Positions 10,801 through 23,776 of a stretch of 32,012 bases of DNA are shown one piece after another. The notes under the pieces are model-generated. The model saw only the letters and a program-made list of their open reading frames with translations. It did not search any database and was not told where the DNA came from. The position numbers and the translations under genes are program-made. Position 1 is the first letter of the stretch. Each line of letters opens with the position of its first letter. Source of the stretch: Octopus bimaculoides (Eukaryota); assembly GCF_001194135.2 (NCBI RefSeq), contig NC_068996.1:26693244-26725255 (forward strand), in the 5' to 3' direction.

Positions 10801-13118
10801 TCAGGGAAAGAACAGTCATTTGGAATGAAAAGTTTATTCACTTGCAGTTGTAATCATTGATTGTTCCAAAGAGTTTTAGACTCAAGAAGTTTATATAAAT
10901 ATATCATTCATAACCATTTATTTCAATTAAGTTATTAAATACATGTATTATATAACAATGCTACATAATCAACCTGATTAGTTTGTTTTATTGCAATTTG
11001 CAGATACATTAAAATTTACTTTTTAATTATATGATTATACTAGTTATGGAAAAAAACTTTTTAGATTGTCATAGTTTAGTAAAAAAAAAAAAAATTCCAT
11101 TATTAGCATTATATTTAATACATAACCATTCTAAAATGTATATTAAAACATTTATATTCTTAAATTCAATTTACTTATACTCCTAATTGAAAAAAAAAAC
11201 TTATAGATTTACTTTCTAGCATTTGCTTCTATATCAAATTATCTAATCAGGCTTGTATGTGTGTATGTATTGGTATGGTTGTCTATTTCCTAAAGAGCAA
11301 ATTACAATAGAAATTATCTCCCCTTCTTTCTTGAGTAGCATTTCAGTTAAAAATGAAATGAGGTTATTCTGTTGAAGGCATTCACTCTAGAACTGAAAGG
11401 ATATTGTCTGACTGTCAGTCTAATAAATTACTATTCTGATTCCATTCCCGCTTGGATAAAAATAATTTAGTTTCCTTCAATATTTACTGATGCAATAGGT
11501 CTTGAAAGTTTTCATTGTTTTTAGCATTTTAGGTTTTTTTGTTTGTTTTTTTTCTCTAACTACACTTTCTTTGTCTTCAACTTTTTAGTTCATAGTAGTG
11601 TATATATAATAGGCTGCTGTATGTATAGTAGATGTGTGCATTTACCATATATTTGAATCTGCCTCTTCACATGAATGAATGTATTACAATCCATCAAAGA
11701 CCTAATTTTGGCCAACACATTATGTACATGTGCACAGATTCTTGTGCCAGTCCATTGTTGCTCATTGAAAGTTGAATAATTTATGTGTATGTGTGTGTGT
11801 GTACATGTGCATATATACATAATGCATAATATGTGATATTAATAGAAAGAATAATTATTTCTATTACAAATTTATACTTTAACATACTTTAGAATTAGAT
11901 TTTTGCTTGACTTCTTTAAAATTATTGTAATTCTTCATGGGAATACAATAGATTGATTTAGGAAGAACTTCTACAGCAAGGATTTTTTAGTGTTTCATGT
12001 CATCAAATTTTGCATTTCTCAAACCCTTCAAACAAGAGGTTTCGGAGTCTGGGATTGTTGGTGAAAATGGCAAAAGTATTTCAAATACTGGAGAAAAATA
12101 TCATTAGCATAATTTGCAAAAAGTTTCTGACTGGAGTTGCAATGAGGATGCTTCTGATGTGATTTGCAGTATCTTAATAATTGTGGTAGTATCTTAGAAA
12201 GAAGACTGGCTGTTTTGTTGGTCTAATGATAAACAAAAAGAAACAAAACAATGTACTTGAAAATTTAGTAAAGCATTGTACTATCTATGCTCTTGGGGCA
12301 CTGTTGAGGATTAGGAATTTGTAATATATCTGATACTTGTCAGGTTGGCAAGAGCTCATTTCTCTTTACCAATTCAAGCTTTCAAAAATGGTAAATTATT
12401 TTCATGGTGCTACCTGCCTCTTAGAACAATACATTACTCTAGTAGTTATTGCCAAGTGGATTAAACCATTGATAATTAGTGTCTTTGCTCAACATAATTC
12501 AGTATGTCAATAAAAGCAGTTGTGCTTCTCATTTCAGCATATGATTACAATAATTCAGTAGATTCCATTTATTTTGTTTTGATAAGCATTAATCGTGCTT
12601 ACCATTAGGACAAAGATGTCATCTGAAGCTTAATTTCTTTCCTGGAGAATATCTTTTAACAGCTCATAATGAATTTTAATATATAGCAAAAGCTAGGAAA
12701 ATATTACATCTTTGGGAGTAATTATAGATTTAATTATTAAGGATTAGGTGACACATTAGAACCTGACCATTTTTGATCTCTTCTTTGATCTTTGTTTTCC
12801 TCAACATTTGACAAAAGGAAGCTCTTATAAAAATAGTTTTTAATGCATAGCAGCTGAATTATTTCTGTTGTACGCTTCTTTTGTTTTTAATTTGACTGAC
12901 AGACCAATTAATTAGTATAAATCCAGTGGAACTTGCCTTTGTAGATAAAGGAAGATATATGGTCCTGCCTTATGGAATAGATATTGATGAGAGATTCCTT
13001 TTTTCATTTCATAATTATTGAATTATGCCACTGTTCTGGAGATATTTCACCACTATTTCTTCATATGTACATACATGCATATATGCGAATATATATGTCT
13101 GTATTTATATGAACATAT

Positions 13119-13153
<35 letters not shown>

Positions 13154-13918
13154 GTATACACACATGTATCTATAATAAATATATAGTATATGTTTAGTTA
13201 AAATTAATGGTGAATCATTGGGTTTTGGCTCTTGCCCTCTTTTTGCTCGTGCGTGTGTGTGAAAATTTGTAGACAATAGTAATTTTGCTTTCCATATAAT
13301 TAGTGAGTTACAAATGCCTTTCTTAATACTCTGACATTAATTTTAGACTGAAATTATATCTTTATCCACCAACATAGATATGTTCAACCCTTATATATTG
13401 CTAGTATTTTTTTAAGCACTAACTTTGAAGGATGTTAAGCTGATGAAATACAAATTTGAAAATTTTCAAAGTTATCAGTTTTGATGCTTTAAGGTTATCA
13501 AAATATGTAAGTAGCCTTATAGTGACACTGTCATGTTACTTGGAGACATATAGAGGAGAAACTGAATTTGGTTTTTAAAGTTGTAAAATGTAAGTTTTCT
13601 ATTTTAGTTTTTGGATTTTTTTTTTTTTTTTTTTTTTTACAAATTTTTGAAGATGAGTTTGTTAATCTGAACAAAAATCGATGCTTGTTCAGTAGAAGAA
13701 ATTTAAAGACAGCTAGGAATATTTTTCAATGCTATTGGAAAATATCTGTATTCTTTAAGGGAAGTAGGAAGTTAAATTTTTTTTTTTTCTTTTTGCTTTA
13801 GTTTTTGATATCACTTTAAATTTAATAAAAAGAAAGAAAACATTCTGATCATTTGGATAGCATCAATATATGTATTTCTAGTTTTATCAAATAGAATATA
13901 GAAATATATGAACCATAT

Positions 13919-14062
13919 GTTTTGAGTTCAAATCCTGCCGAGGTCAACTTTGCCTTTCATTCTTCCAAAGTTGATAAAATGAGGTATCAGTCAAGTACTA
14001 GGCTCAATATAATTGACTCTTCCCAACTCCCTAAAATTCAGGCTTTGTGTCAATGTTAAAAA
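13919..14062 (+). mobile_element. Octopus-type tRNA-derived SINE fragment (family A)
   Basis: gagttcaaatcc (B-box-like) followed by gaggtcaactttgcctttcat...gataaaat...tacc/tatcagt. Related copies at 25865 (+) and 29094 (-). Resembles octopus SINEs as I recall them; exact family not assigned. Confidence 0.8.
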
Positions 14063-15639
14063 AATTTACTAGAGTGTTTATATATATATAAAATACTTAC
14101 ATTACAATACCGAGTATTAAAGTCAGGCATTTTTAACGATATGAACATTTTTCCTTTTTTTTTTTCTTTTTTTTTCCTGATTTCAAAAAGTTTCATACAG
14201 AAGACAGACTTTTGATTTGAAATTTTTTTTTTTTTTTTTTTCCAGTCATTATCATTTTCTTGTTATTGATCTCTTAGTATAATAATGTCCTCCTGAACCA
14301 AGTAAAATTAGTTTTTATCAATATTGAGGATTCTCATTTCTTAGTTCATTTTGATAATTCTAATGAAATAATTTGTGCATACGTAAATAAATACATACAT
14401 ACATACACCAAACTTTCATTTTGAATATTTTTTAAGTTCATCACAGAAAAAAAGAATCAGACTGTCATTTAATCCATTTTCAATTTTTCCTCTATCTCTT
14501 TTTAAAAACTTCCTCAAGACAGTGTATGTGATAAACTAGGGAATCACTGTCCAAATTTCTGTACACCTCAGTTCTGTGAACTTCAGTCTATATGATGTTG
14601 CCTTTCTTTAAGTGCCTGTCCACACTAATTTAGACGGTATTTAAATTAAAAAAAAAAAAATTAAAATAAACAAAACCAAGCATTACAAATCAGAAAGAAC
14701 GAAAACATGACTTCAAAAGGTTCCCATTCTATCAAGCTTTATATTTGCATGTGTGTGTGTATACATTTATATATACATGTGTGTGTGTGTGTGCGTATAT
14801 AATTCTATAAATGTGTTTGTATTTATATACATATGTGTCTGTGTGTGTATATATGTTTATGTAAATGTAATACCTTCAAGAAATAATTTGTGAATAATTG
14901 GTACATTTATTGTTTACAAAGTGCAAAAGTTTAAAAAAGGACATCGTTCATCATTGCAGTTACATTCAGTTAAAATTGATTACACACATCTTTCAGTGAA
15001 GTAATGTTCTATCCCTTACTTGAGGTTTAATGAAATTAAGCAGTTTGTTTACAGCACAGCAAGTTTATTTTATTTATTTATTTTTTTCCATGTTTTTAGT
15101 CTTAGTTTTGATAATTCTTGCCATTGTATTATGGAGTTGTAACTTTTTTATTATTATTAATGGGTTTTCATTTGCAATTTTTCAGATTTTTTTTTTTTTT
15201 TTAAACAATAAGAAAAGTATCTTAGTCTCCTAAATGGTGGTAATACAAACTGATGTAACTCTTTGAAACCCTGCTTTTTGTTGAATAAAATAACAGATAA
15301 TTATAGAACCCTTACCCTCTTTTTTCATAAATCGAAATTAGGTTTATTTAATTTAATCTGATTGGTTGTAAATGAAATTAAACATAAAGTGCTATTTTAA
15401 CTTGTATTTCATTGTTTACTAATTTTTCAAAGTTTTATCCGTCCGCTGGGGTTTATTATTCGTTCCCGTCCCATTGATTAGTGTATTTTAATGATTTAAG
15501 TATCCAGAATACCATGTCCAAGTTTGCACGTAGTAAGTGTAGCATAGAATGTTATTGCATATTCTGGTTAGTTTGTATTTATGGGACTAGGTTTATGATT
15601 TAAGGTGTTGTGTTTTTTTATAGACATTAGGAGTACATT

Positions 15640-15655
15640 TGTTGTGTGTGTGTGT

Positions 15656-15694
<39 letters not shown>

Positions 15695-15710
15695 GTGTGT
15701 GTGTGTTTAT
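15640..15710. repeat. (TG)n(TA)n(TG)n microsatellite
   Basis: Directly visible. Confidence 0.95.
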
Positions 15711-16875
15711 AAATTCTTGTTTGACTTTGTTGCATAAAAATGTTTAGTTTTTTTATATAAGAGAATTCACACAAAAAGGTTTAAAAGTGCATCTAAATGC
15801 ATTTGCTTATACTTTCCAATCAATAATTAAGTTAATGGAAAGCCTGCATATTCTCTAACTATTCAGTGTGTTTTAATTAATTTTTTAACACAGTGTATAA
15901 TTTCAGTTTTATATACAGTAGTTTTCAAAAATATTGAAAGTTTAATTAAATTTTTTTTTTTTCTCTTTGGTTTAAATTAGTTCCAAATGAAAACTCTTGA
16001 AGTCATATCTTTCTGATGAACAAAAATTGAATTTAGGTAATTACCTTAATTGTTGAAAACTTAAGCTGTTATTCCTAAAGTTAATCAATATTTAGAAAAT
16101 TAAACATTTAATTAGTGGATACATAGGGATTGGTATTGTTTTGTTAGTGTGGATAGGCACAAAACACTAATCAACTGTAATTTTCAACCTTTCCAATCCT
16201 ATAAATATAAGACTATACAAAATATTTATCTTTTCCTTTACAAGGTATTTGTTAAAAGTGATTTTAAATATGAAAAATAACTGATATGTATGTGCTGGGA
16301 AAAAGTTGGTTATCTAGTGGGTTTTACTTTATTTTCCTCTCTCAATAGTGTGGATGTTGAACACTTCATTTTATTGGAGTCTTGTATGTTGGAGTATTTT
16401 TTTTTAAATAGTGGTGAAATAAGGTTAAATCTTATTAAAAGAACAGTTGAAAAGTATTTTATTCTTGTTAGGCATTGGCAATTTCTGTAGCTTTATAGCA
16501 TTAGCTTTAGGCTGACTAACATGTGAGAAAAATTTTTACACACCAAAAAAAAAAAAAAACCCATTGAGAAGAATAAAATTATTTTCTAATTAGTTTCTCG
16601 GTATAAGCATCTAAATTTACATACCAAGCACTTTTATTTTAAAACCTGTATTAGTTTACATTCATTGTAATATGATTTTGTTATATTTTAATTCTTTGTT
16701 ATGTATTCTAATTTTACTAAATTCATAAAAAAATTTTTTTCAACCTTTGTATCTTTGAATATTTTTATTTTTCACAGTTATGCTTTCAAGTTTATATTGG
16801 TGATTACTGTAGATGTAAATTAAATTTCGAGTATATTTTTTTACCCATAAAAAGGTTTTTAGGTAGATATTTCAA

Positions 16876-16903
16876 CTAATATATATATATTAGTATATAT
16901 ATA

Positions 16904-16990
<87 letters not shown>

Positions 16991-17014
16991 GTATGTATGT
17001 ATATGTATATATAT
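16876..17014. repeat. (TA)n/(TG)n/(TATG)n microsatellite
   Basis: Directly visible. Confidence 0.97.
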
Positions 17015-17616
17015 AAATTACAATAACATCTTTCTTGCTCATTTCTTTTTTAATTCAATATAAAACCTAGTTTCTCTGAACACTGAACAAGATTATTCAA
17101 ATATCTTAGTTAAAATACATTATTTTAAGGGCTTTTGTATTATTTTTTTTTACTAAATTATATTTGGTTAATTTGTCAACCATATGGCTTATGATAGGTA
17201 GAACTATATTTCTAAACATTGATTAATTAGTGTTAATTAGTAACTGCTATGTTTCTTAATTTCTCTCTTCAACTTAATGCTAGACTTTGCTGGTTTTTAA
17301 CTTATGGGTTGCTGATAGAATGGGACCTTTGAACAGTTATGTTTGACATCATCCTATCCCTTTTCACAACATACACATTATCTAGATGATCCATTAACTT
17401 TACAGTGCTCTCAAATATTTTCATTTTTTTTCTTCTTCTTCCCCTCCATTTTATTTATTTGGTAATTATATTTTTAGCAGACCATAATGATAGTCTGTTT
17501 ATTTCTATTTGAAACTTGTACTCACATATTTTGCAGCAGTCAGAAACATTGCAATGCTGTAAAAAAATATATATATAAAAAATATTAAAAAAATTGTACA
17601 TTATAAGAAACTCCCG

Positions 17617-17622
17617 AATAAA
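17617..17622 (+). terminator. Candidate polyadenylation signal
   Basis: AATAAA preceded by TGTA elements (e.g. 17595) and followed by gtgtt. One of many AATAAA in AT-rich DNA. Confidence 0.2.
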
Positions 17623-19572
17623 GTGTTCAACAGCTACATAACTGGGATTAACTTAGTAAAATTAAAACTTCATTTATTAACCGCTGCAAATCTCCTACAT
17701 AGCAACAGAATCTCTATTGATCATCTATTGCATTCAGAACCCCATTGTTATAATTACTATTATTATTTCATTCTTCTAATTCAATTATGAACTGAAAGTT
17801 TATACTTTATTAATTCCATGAAGTAAAAGTTAGGTCCTGCTAAGAAAATTTTTTTTTTTTTTTTTAATATTAAAGAATTCGTCATTGTTTTTTCTGCTCT
17901 ACATTAACATAAACATAAATGTCCTTACAATTGTATACTTCTTTATATCAATATTGGTTCAAAGGCATTCCTTGATTCTATATGACAGTTTTTAACAGAC
18001 TTATTACATTTTCGAACATTCACAAATTCGGAAGCTGTCCTGTTTTTATTTTTGGTTTTTTTTTTTTAAAGAAAAGCTTCAACATTTTTGCATGTCATGC
18101 AATTTTTATTTGACTTTTTATGAATTAATTCCTCCATCCAACCATCCTTTCTATAAAAAAAATATAAAATAAAATGAAAAACAAAAACCCATCCCACCTT
18201 TTTTTGCAGCAAAACATAAAAAGATAAATATATTTAGCTGAGTCTATGTCATGGGTATTTGCAGCGGTTAGCTATCATTTAATTGTGATTAGGTGATGTC
18301 TTGTTGGTTGTTTTTTTTTTTCTTTTTTTTCTCTTTTTTTTTTATATTCGCTTGATGCTGATTAAGGTTGTTGGTCCCCAGTTGCTGTTGTTGAATCCTG
18401 AATATATCATAATTTTAGTCATCCATGATATGTAAACAGCATCTTACCATATGTTACACTCTCAGTATTTAAATTGTTCTCTAAGAAAACTTATTACATT
18501 TCATGCTCAACTACATATACCCATCCTGTGACTATTTGCAAATTTTTACTTAGTATGTTCAATAATGATGAAATGCCTTTCTAGCACTGAGTTCGGCATT
18601 CATGGTAGTAAGTTTAAGTAATTAGTAAGATATGTAATTAATAATAAAGAAAATTCACCAGTGATCAGTTATTATTTATACTTAAGAAGTAGTTTGGTTT
18701 TTCTTTTTTTTTTTCTTTGCTTTTTCAATATATGTTATATATTAAAGACATTTTATTTAGCAATATAAATGGACTTGGTTTATATATATTTTCAATGTTT
18801 CATTTCATTGTTTGATAGATTTAAAAGTTTATTAGACACTTTAATTTTGCTTTGTAAATTCAAGAGATAAAATTTCTTAATTACAACTAATAACTGGTCC
18901 TTTTCAGTTAATAAGTTTATAGTTTCACTGATATATAAAAAAAGAAAAAAACCATTTAGCCTTTTTTTTTTAAAAGATTTTTTGGATCCAAAGAGAGAAA
19001 ATAAACAAACAAAAAAGGACTGCCCCTTCCCTCCCTCATAGTTGCAAATGTTATTTTAAGATACTTTGCAACACTCAATTATCTTGAAGAAAAAAAAAAT
19101 ATTGAAAAGTTGCAAAGATATGTATTGCCTATTTACATTTGTTACTGCAAATGTCTTTCATTATCAGTTTTGTACTTTATTGTTAGCAAAATGGACTCTG
19201 ACGTGTTCTCTTTCTAGCCATAGTATGCTGAAAGAAGGCTTTCATGATGACAACACCTGGAAATTGAAACTGGCATATTAAGATTAAGACACAATTGATG
19301 AGAATATGGTATTAAAAAAAAAAAAAAAAATAACAAACAACTTAAACCCAGGAAAGATAGGTGAAAGTGGACTTTTTTTTTCTTTTTAGGGTGGGTGGTA
19401 GGGTAGGCAAATATTTTGTAGGTTTCTTAATTTTATAGTAAATTATTGCTATTGTGGTTCTAAATAATTTATTGATTTTGTGTAATTTCTAATTTTATTC
19501 AGATCTAATTTAATAGTTTTGTTAATTCTTTGGTTTATATATAAAAATATTTGCCATTTTTTTAAAATTCAC

Positions 19573-19666
19573 NNNNNNNNNNNNNNNNNNNNNNNNNNNN
19601 NNNNNNNNNNNNNNNNNNNNNNNNNNNNNNNNNNNNNNNNNNNNNNNNNNNNNNNNNNNNNNNNNN
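19573..19666. other. Assembly gap (94 N); other gaps at 8908-8917, 22239-22257 and 29564-29574
   Basis: Runs of n. Distances and contiguity across gaps are uncertain. Confidence 1.
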
Positions 19667-19754
19667 AAAAATCTTTCATGTTAAAATTAACTTATATATA
19701 ATATCCTGTAGTTTTAAAATATAGATTAAAAGTTATTACACTATTGAAAACACA

Positions 19755-19911
19755 CCCAGGTCATTTGCTGCTTTCTATTTCTCATATATATTCCCTGGGA
19801 GCTTTTGCAGCAATCAAAACCTTTGCAGAAAAATCTTTTCAGAGTAACTGCACATCTTGGATTATTATTTGTAGATGTTTGCCACATTTTGTTTGATTTG
19901 AAAAATTTTTT
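19755..19911 (-). pseudogene. Exon-like remnant
   Basis: Acceptor tttttctttttttccatcaacaacttctaag (AG 19913-19912). One frame reads GKHLQIIIQDVQLL*KDFSAKVLIAAKAPREYI*EIESSK*PG, with three TGA (compatible with CGA/TGG decay). Confidence 0.35.
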
Positions 19912-20395
19912 CTTAGAAGTTGTTGATGGAAAAAAAGAAAAAATTGCTAAATTTTGCAGTTAAAATTTTTTTTTTTTAATGAACTGTACTGTGGGCCCGG
20001 TCCATTTAGCTTTTTATTGATGTTTTCTTTGTTTTTAATGCTTTGTTGTTTTTTTTTTTCAGTGATTAAGAAGCCTGTGCTAGATTTTACCTTATTTTTG
20101 TGGCAAATATTTGCAATTAACTTTTTTCTTAAGGAAGGTAAATAATTGATAAGTTAGTTAATCGTTTTTAATTTAATAGAATTTGAAAGTTTGTTCTCCC
20201 TCTTAAAATATTACGTGTGCACCCATACATGCACATATGATGTGCGTGCATACTCACCTTCTAAGAAAAATAGTAAATCACTCCATCGGGCAAATTTTAA
20301 TTTCCCATGTGGTTTGTCCCCGATGACCAGGCAAATAGTCACTCCCCATCAAGAATTCACAAGAAGCAGATTATTGGAGTCTATATGCTTGTTAC

Positions 20396-20639
20396 CTGAG
20401 CAACTAATCCACTTGTTCCTTGAAGTTGGGTAATCAGTGGAATTGTGAATAGATTCTCTGAGAATGCAATGATAAGTCCGCCCCCTTGCCTGTCAAACTA
20501 CAGCAGTCTTTCATAGCTGCCTGAATATAAATGCCAAAAGCTGTAATAATCTCCTACTTGTTGATTCTTACAAAGCTTTGTTTTTTATATTCAGATATCA
20601 CCTTGTAATGTATCATATTTGGTTATCACGTCCATGAAA
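20396..20639 (-). pseudogene. Exon remnant, beta-propeller/WD-like (244 nt)
   Basis: Acceptor (t)15caag (AG 20641-20640) and donor cag|gtaaca (20395). Frame reads ...VGDYYSFWHLYSGSYERLL*FDRQGGGLIIAFSENLFTIPLITQLQGTSGLVAQ| and ends on a codon boundary. Confidence 0.55.
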
Positions 20640-20855
20640 CTTGAAAAAAAAAAAAATATAATAAAAGCACATCATAGTTTTGGTAATGATATTAAACGCA
20701 ACAACTTTTCTGCAAGCAGGGATGTGAACAGGATCTATGTAGAGGATCTTGGACAAGTAATGGCTTTATATATAAAAAATAAAAGTTATTCAGCAAAGCT
20801 TTTGGAAAGACAAAAAAAACTTTTAAAAATAAAAAAAAAAATTATTGGACCCTAC

Positions 20856-21553
20856 CTCTCCTTGTGATTTCTGAGAGAAGCTTAATTTTCTTTTTGGCAA
20901 AGCCCTTATCTCCTTGGTCTTGTGGATCAGTTGTGTGGGTAACATGAATTGTCACTTTTCATCTTGAAGCAGAATTCTGGAGTATAAATCCATCTTGTAG
21001 TTGTAACTACTGGTCGCATGTTGGACTTACCCGGAGGGCTTTCAGTGAGGAGCCATTTGTATAGACCATCTTATTTAAAGTCATTAAAAATCTACAGCTG
21101 TTGACACCCAAGTTTTGAATTGAAATGACAATTTTTATCTTGCTTTTGTGAGGTGACTTAACCATATTGTGACTGGCCTTATTGTATGACTTTCAGGCTA
21201 AGTAAGCTGTTTTTTGTAATCACTTTGAAGTAACTGCTATTATTGCAACCACTTAATCCTTCTTGCCCTGTAGTCTGCTTTCGTAATAATATGAAGATGA
21301 TTGTGATAGCGTTTTTAATAAGTTCTTCAATAAGGTCATTTTCCTTTATGGTTAAGTTACTTTTTCTTTTTCTACTAAAGTCAAAAAACTGCATGAATTT
21401 ATTTATCAGTAGATTAACAACCTCACTTGTCAATTGTGAATTTCTTACTATTTATGGTTGAGAGTCATATCCCACATCTTGCTCTGCAAATAGAGGTTGC
21501 ACAAATATCACAATGTGGTCTTGCTGCCTGAATAAAAACTATAGTGTTGTGTG
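20856..21553 (-). pseudogene. Large exon remnant (donor at 21030 or 20855)
   Basis: Very strong acceptor (t)17gctttcctcatttcag (AG 21555-21554); donors cgg|gtaagt (21030) and gag|gtaggg (20855). Frame reads DSQP*IVRNSQLTSEVVNLL..., like the recalled NWD motif SQPL...NxRKLSELPxHL; about 95 codons open. Confidence 0.5.
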
Positions 21554-21888
21554 CTGAAATGAGGAAAGCAAAAAAAAAAAAAAAAATACATGGTACCAGT
21601 TTTACCAGTGTAAAGAGGTTGAGAATGCTGGAGGTATATATCATTCTTGATTATACATAACAATTATAGATCCTTGATTTTATTTTGTGTTGGTGTTTGC
21701 AACCACACTTATGGCTTGAATTTGTCTCTGAATCTCAATGGCTTTCCCTGTTAGCTTCATGTTGTAGTTTAAATTTATTGGAATTATATTTAATTGCATT
21801 GTATGTGGAAGAAAAATTTGGCTATAGTTTGTGTGTGATGTGTAATTATGTGTATAATATGCATGCATGTATATAGTATATACATACA

Positions 21889-22238
21889 TGTTGTTGTTGG
21901 CACTCCGTCGCTTACGACGTCGAGGGTTCCAGTTGATCCAATTAATGGAACAGCCTGCTCGTGAAATTAACGTGCAAGTGGCTGAGCACTCCACAGACAC
22001 GTGTACCCTTAACGTAGTTCTCGGGGATATTCAGTGTGACAAGGCTGACCCTTTGAATTACAGGCACAACAGAAACAGGAAGAAAGTTGTGGTGAAAGAG
22101 TACAGCAGGGTTCACTATCATCCCCTGCCGGAGCCTCATGGAGCTTTAGGTGTTTTCGCTCAATAAACACCCACAACGCCCGGTCTGGGAATCATGACCG
22201 CGAGTCTGCTGCCCTAACCACTGGGCCATTGCGCCTCC
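21889..22238 (-). mobile_element. Near full-length tRNA-derived SINE (family C), relatively young
   Basis: Minus strand starts ggaggcgcaaTGGCCCAGTGGttagggcagcagactcgcgg (tRNA-like head; A box 22228-22218, B box partly deleted) and ends in a (CAA)n tail at 21889-21899. CpGs retained; 5' end abuts an N gap. Confidence 0.88.
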
Positions 22239-22477
22239 NNNNNNNNNNNNNNNNNNNCATACAATTCGGGGATACTATCAAAGTACCAAATTTAAGCAGT
22301 TTCATAATTGTAATTTAACTAATTAAAAAAGACTTTAATGGATAAAGTTAATTTGGAGGTGGGGGGAGAAATATATCTAGAAGGAATTGATAGTTTATGA
22401 ATTGAATTTATATAAACCAAACTTTACTGTGGAATAGATTGTATTAAGTGAATGGTTAAATTTATATAATTATATAG

Positions 22478-22507
<30 letters not shown>

Positions 22508-22512
<5 letters not shown>

Positions 22513-22730
22513 CCATAAAAATAGATTCAACTAGTTCAAAGTTCATACACTGAAAGCTATCCAACTCATGGCTGCTGTCTGTTAAAACAAGTAATTTCAG
22601 TTTTCTCAACTGTGCTAGACTTGCTAATGCCTGATATGATGTTTCAGTGTACAAAGTAGTTTTATATAAATGCAGAGAGATAACATTTGTAATCAACTTG
22701 CTGACAACTAAATACTGAAGTTTCACAAGC
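22508..22730 (-). pseudogene. Exon remnant, NWD-like helical region (open frame)
   Basis: Acceptor tatttaacag (AG 22732-22731); its phase matches the donor at 23356 (GG+G = Gly). Reads GLVKLQYLVVSKLITNVI...KLKLLVLTDSSHELDSFQCMNF, spacing like recalled NWD GLSExELxDILSLDDDVL...YLVER......WYHRQF. Runs into a (TA)n tract. Confidence 0.55.
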
Positions 22731-23356
22731 CTGTTAAATAACTGAGAAGTAACACATTTGTGAAATTTAGTTTTGAATGGTGAGGGAAGTTGTATTTCTG
22801 TCAGTAGCTTCAAATACAGTTGATGAAAAAGACAAAAATAACAAATAAAATTAAAAAACTGCAGTTTCGCATGTGTGAAAGGTTTTTGTAACATTTTTCT
22901 TAGTAATTCAGGGAGCTCATGTATAAAACTTAGAAATTAAGAATTACAGATCAGGTTTTCTTTGATTATAATTTATTATCTGGCCCCATTAATCTATTTA
23001 AATCAGTTCTATACTTTTCCTTGTGATTACGCTTATTTTATCTAGCATAACTTGTTAGGGAGGTGTTCCACTTTATTGTTTAAGGTCTTTCAATGACAGA
23101 TAATTTTGTAAATTAAATAATTGTTTTTTTATCTATTGCCAAGTCATAGCCACTAAAATACCTGGCTAAATTATTAGATCTAATGGTAAATATTTTGAGA
23201 GCACCAGACTGTGGTGGTACTTTAGTTTTTTTTTTTTTTTGTTTTGTCTTGTCCAATATTCTGAGTTGAAATCTTGTCAGGACTGGAACCTGTTAAATAA
23301 GTAATATAAGCATGCAAAGAGGTTGGTTTAATCAATTGCAACCTACCCCACCTCAC

Positions 23357-23656
23357 CCTGTATGGCTATTGTAATCAATCATTTTGGATAATTTGCTGTG
23401 TTTTCAAGCAAATTGATCAAATAATGAAAGAGTAACATTGCAAAGCTGCCAGAATACCAGTACCAATAATGACTCAGTATTTTGTTAATTTTGTGAGATG
23501 CTTATTTTATACTCTTTGGTTTCACTACTTGGGTGGTTGTAGATTTCATCCATTGCCTGGTTTAATGCCATCACTTGGTACCTTGGGTGTCTTTTATCGA
23601 AGACCACTCTGTTGCAAGCATCTAGGTCAGATGTCTAGCTTGTAGATAACTTCCTC
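23357..23656 (-). pseudogene. 300-nt exon remnant, NACHT-associated helical domain-like
   Basis: Acceptor tgttttgtttcatagtttccttag (AG 23658-23657) and donor agg|gtgagg (23356). 99-codon frame with 3 stops containing HPRYQVMALNQA (cf. PLYLKLVFDEA) and SLFDQFA*KHS (cf. LFDRLEKKHG). Confidence 0.6.
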
Positions 23657-23776
23657 CTAAGGAAACTATGAAACAAAACACATGCACATACATTGTTGTG
23701 AAAGAATTTATGCTTGGTTTGAGGAGAGTAAATATATTAATAGAGAATTTAGTGAACAATTGTTAGGAGTGGCTAC

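Noticed and set aside
15504-15567. 64-nt hairpin closed by CCAGAATA/TATTCTGG as a pre-miRNA
   Set aside because: The middle of the stem does not pair.
18371-18379. TTGGTCCCC, resembling miR-133
   Set aside because: 9-nt match only; better explained as part of the 17.6/18.3 kb duplex.
20284-20325. CATCGGGCAAA / TTTGTCCCCGATG hairpin
   Set aside because: About 11 bp with a bulge and an 18-nt loop; too short for a pre-miRNA and plausible by chance.
20515-20524. AGCTGCCTGA, identical to the recalled 5' end of miR-745/miR-22
   Set aside because: Only 10 nt match and no precursor hairpin.
20478-20532. GC box plus TATAAAT as a + strand promoter
   Set aside because: Short motifs lying inside an inferred minus-strand exon remnant, in CpG-poor context.
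22180-22238. tRNA gene
   Set aside because: tRNA-like head of a SINE; B box/T-arm deleted and followed by SINE body.
22424-22894. 156-aa ORF read as a leucine-rich-repeat protein (LxxLxxLxxLxL matches)
   Set aside because: Its N-terminus is a polypyrimidine tract and its C-terminus a microsatellite. The phase match and motif order with neighbouring blocks fit an NWD helical region better. LRR is not formally excluded without an HMM search.
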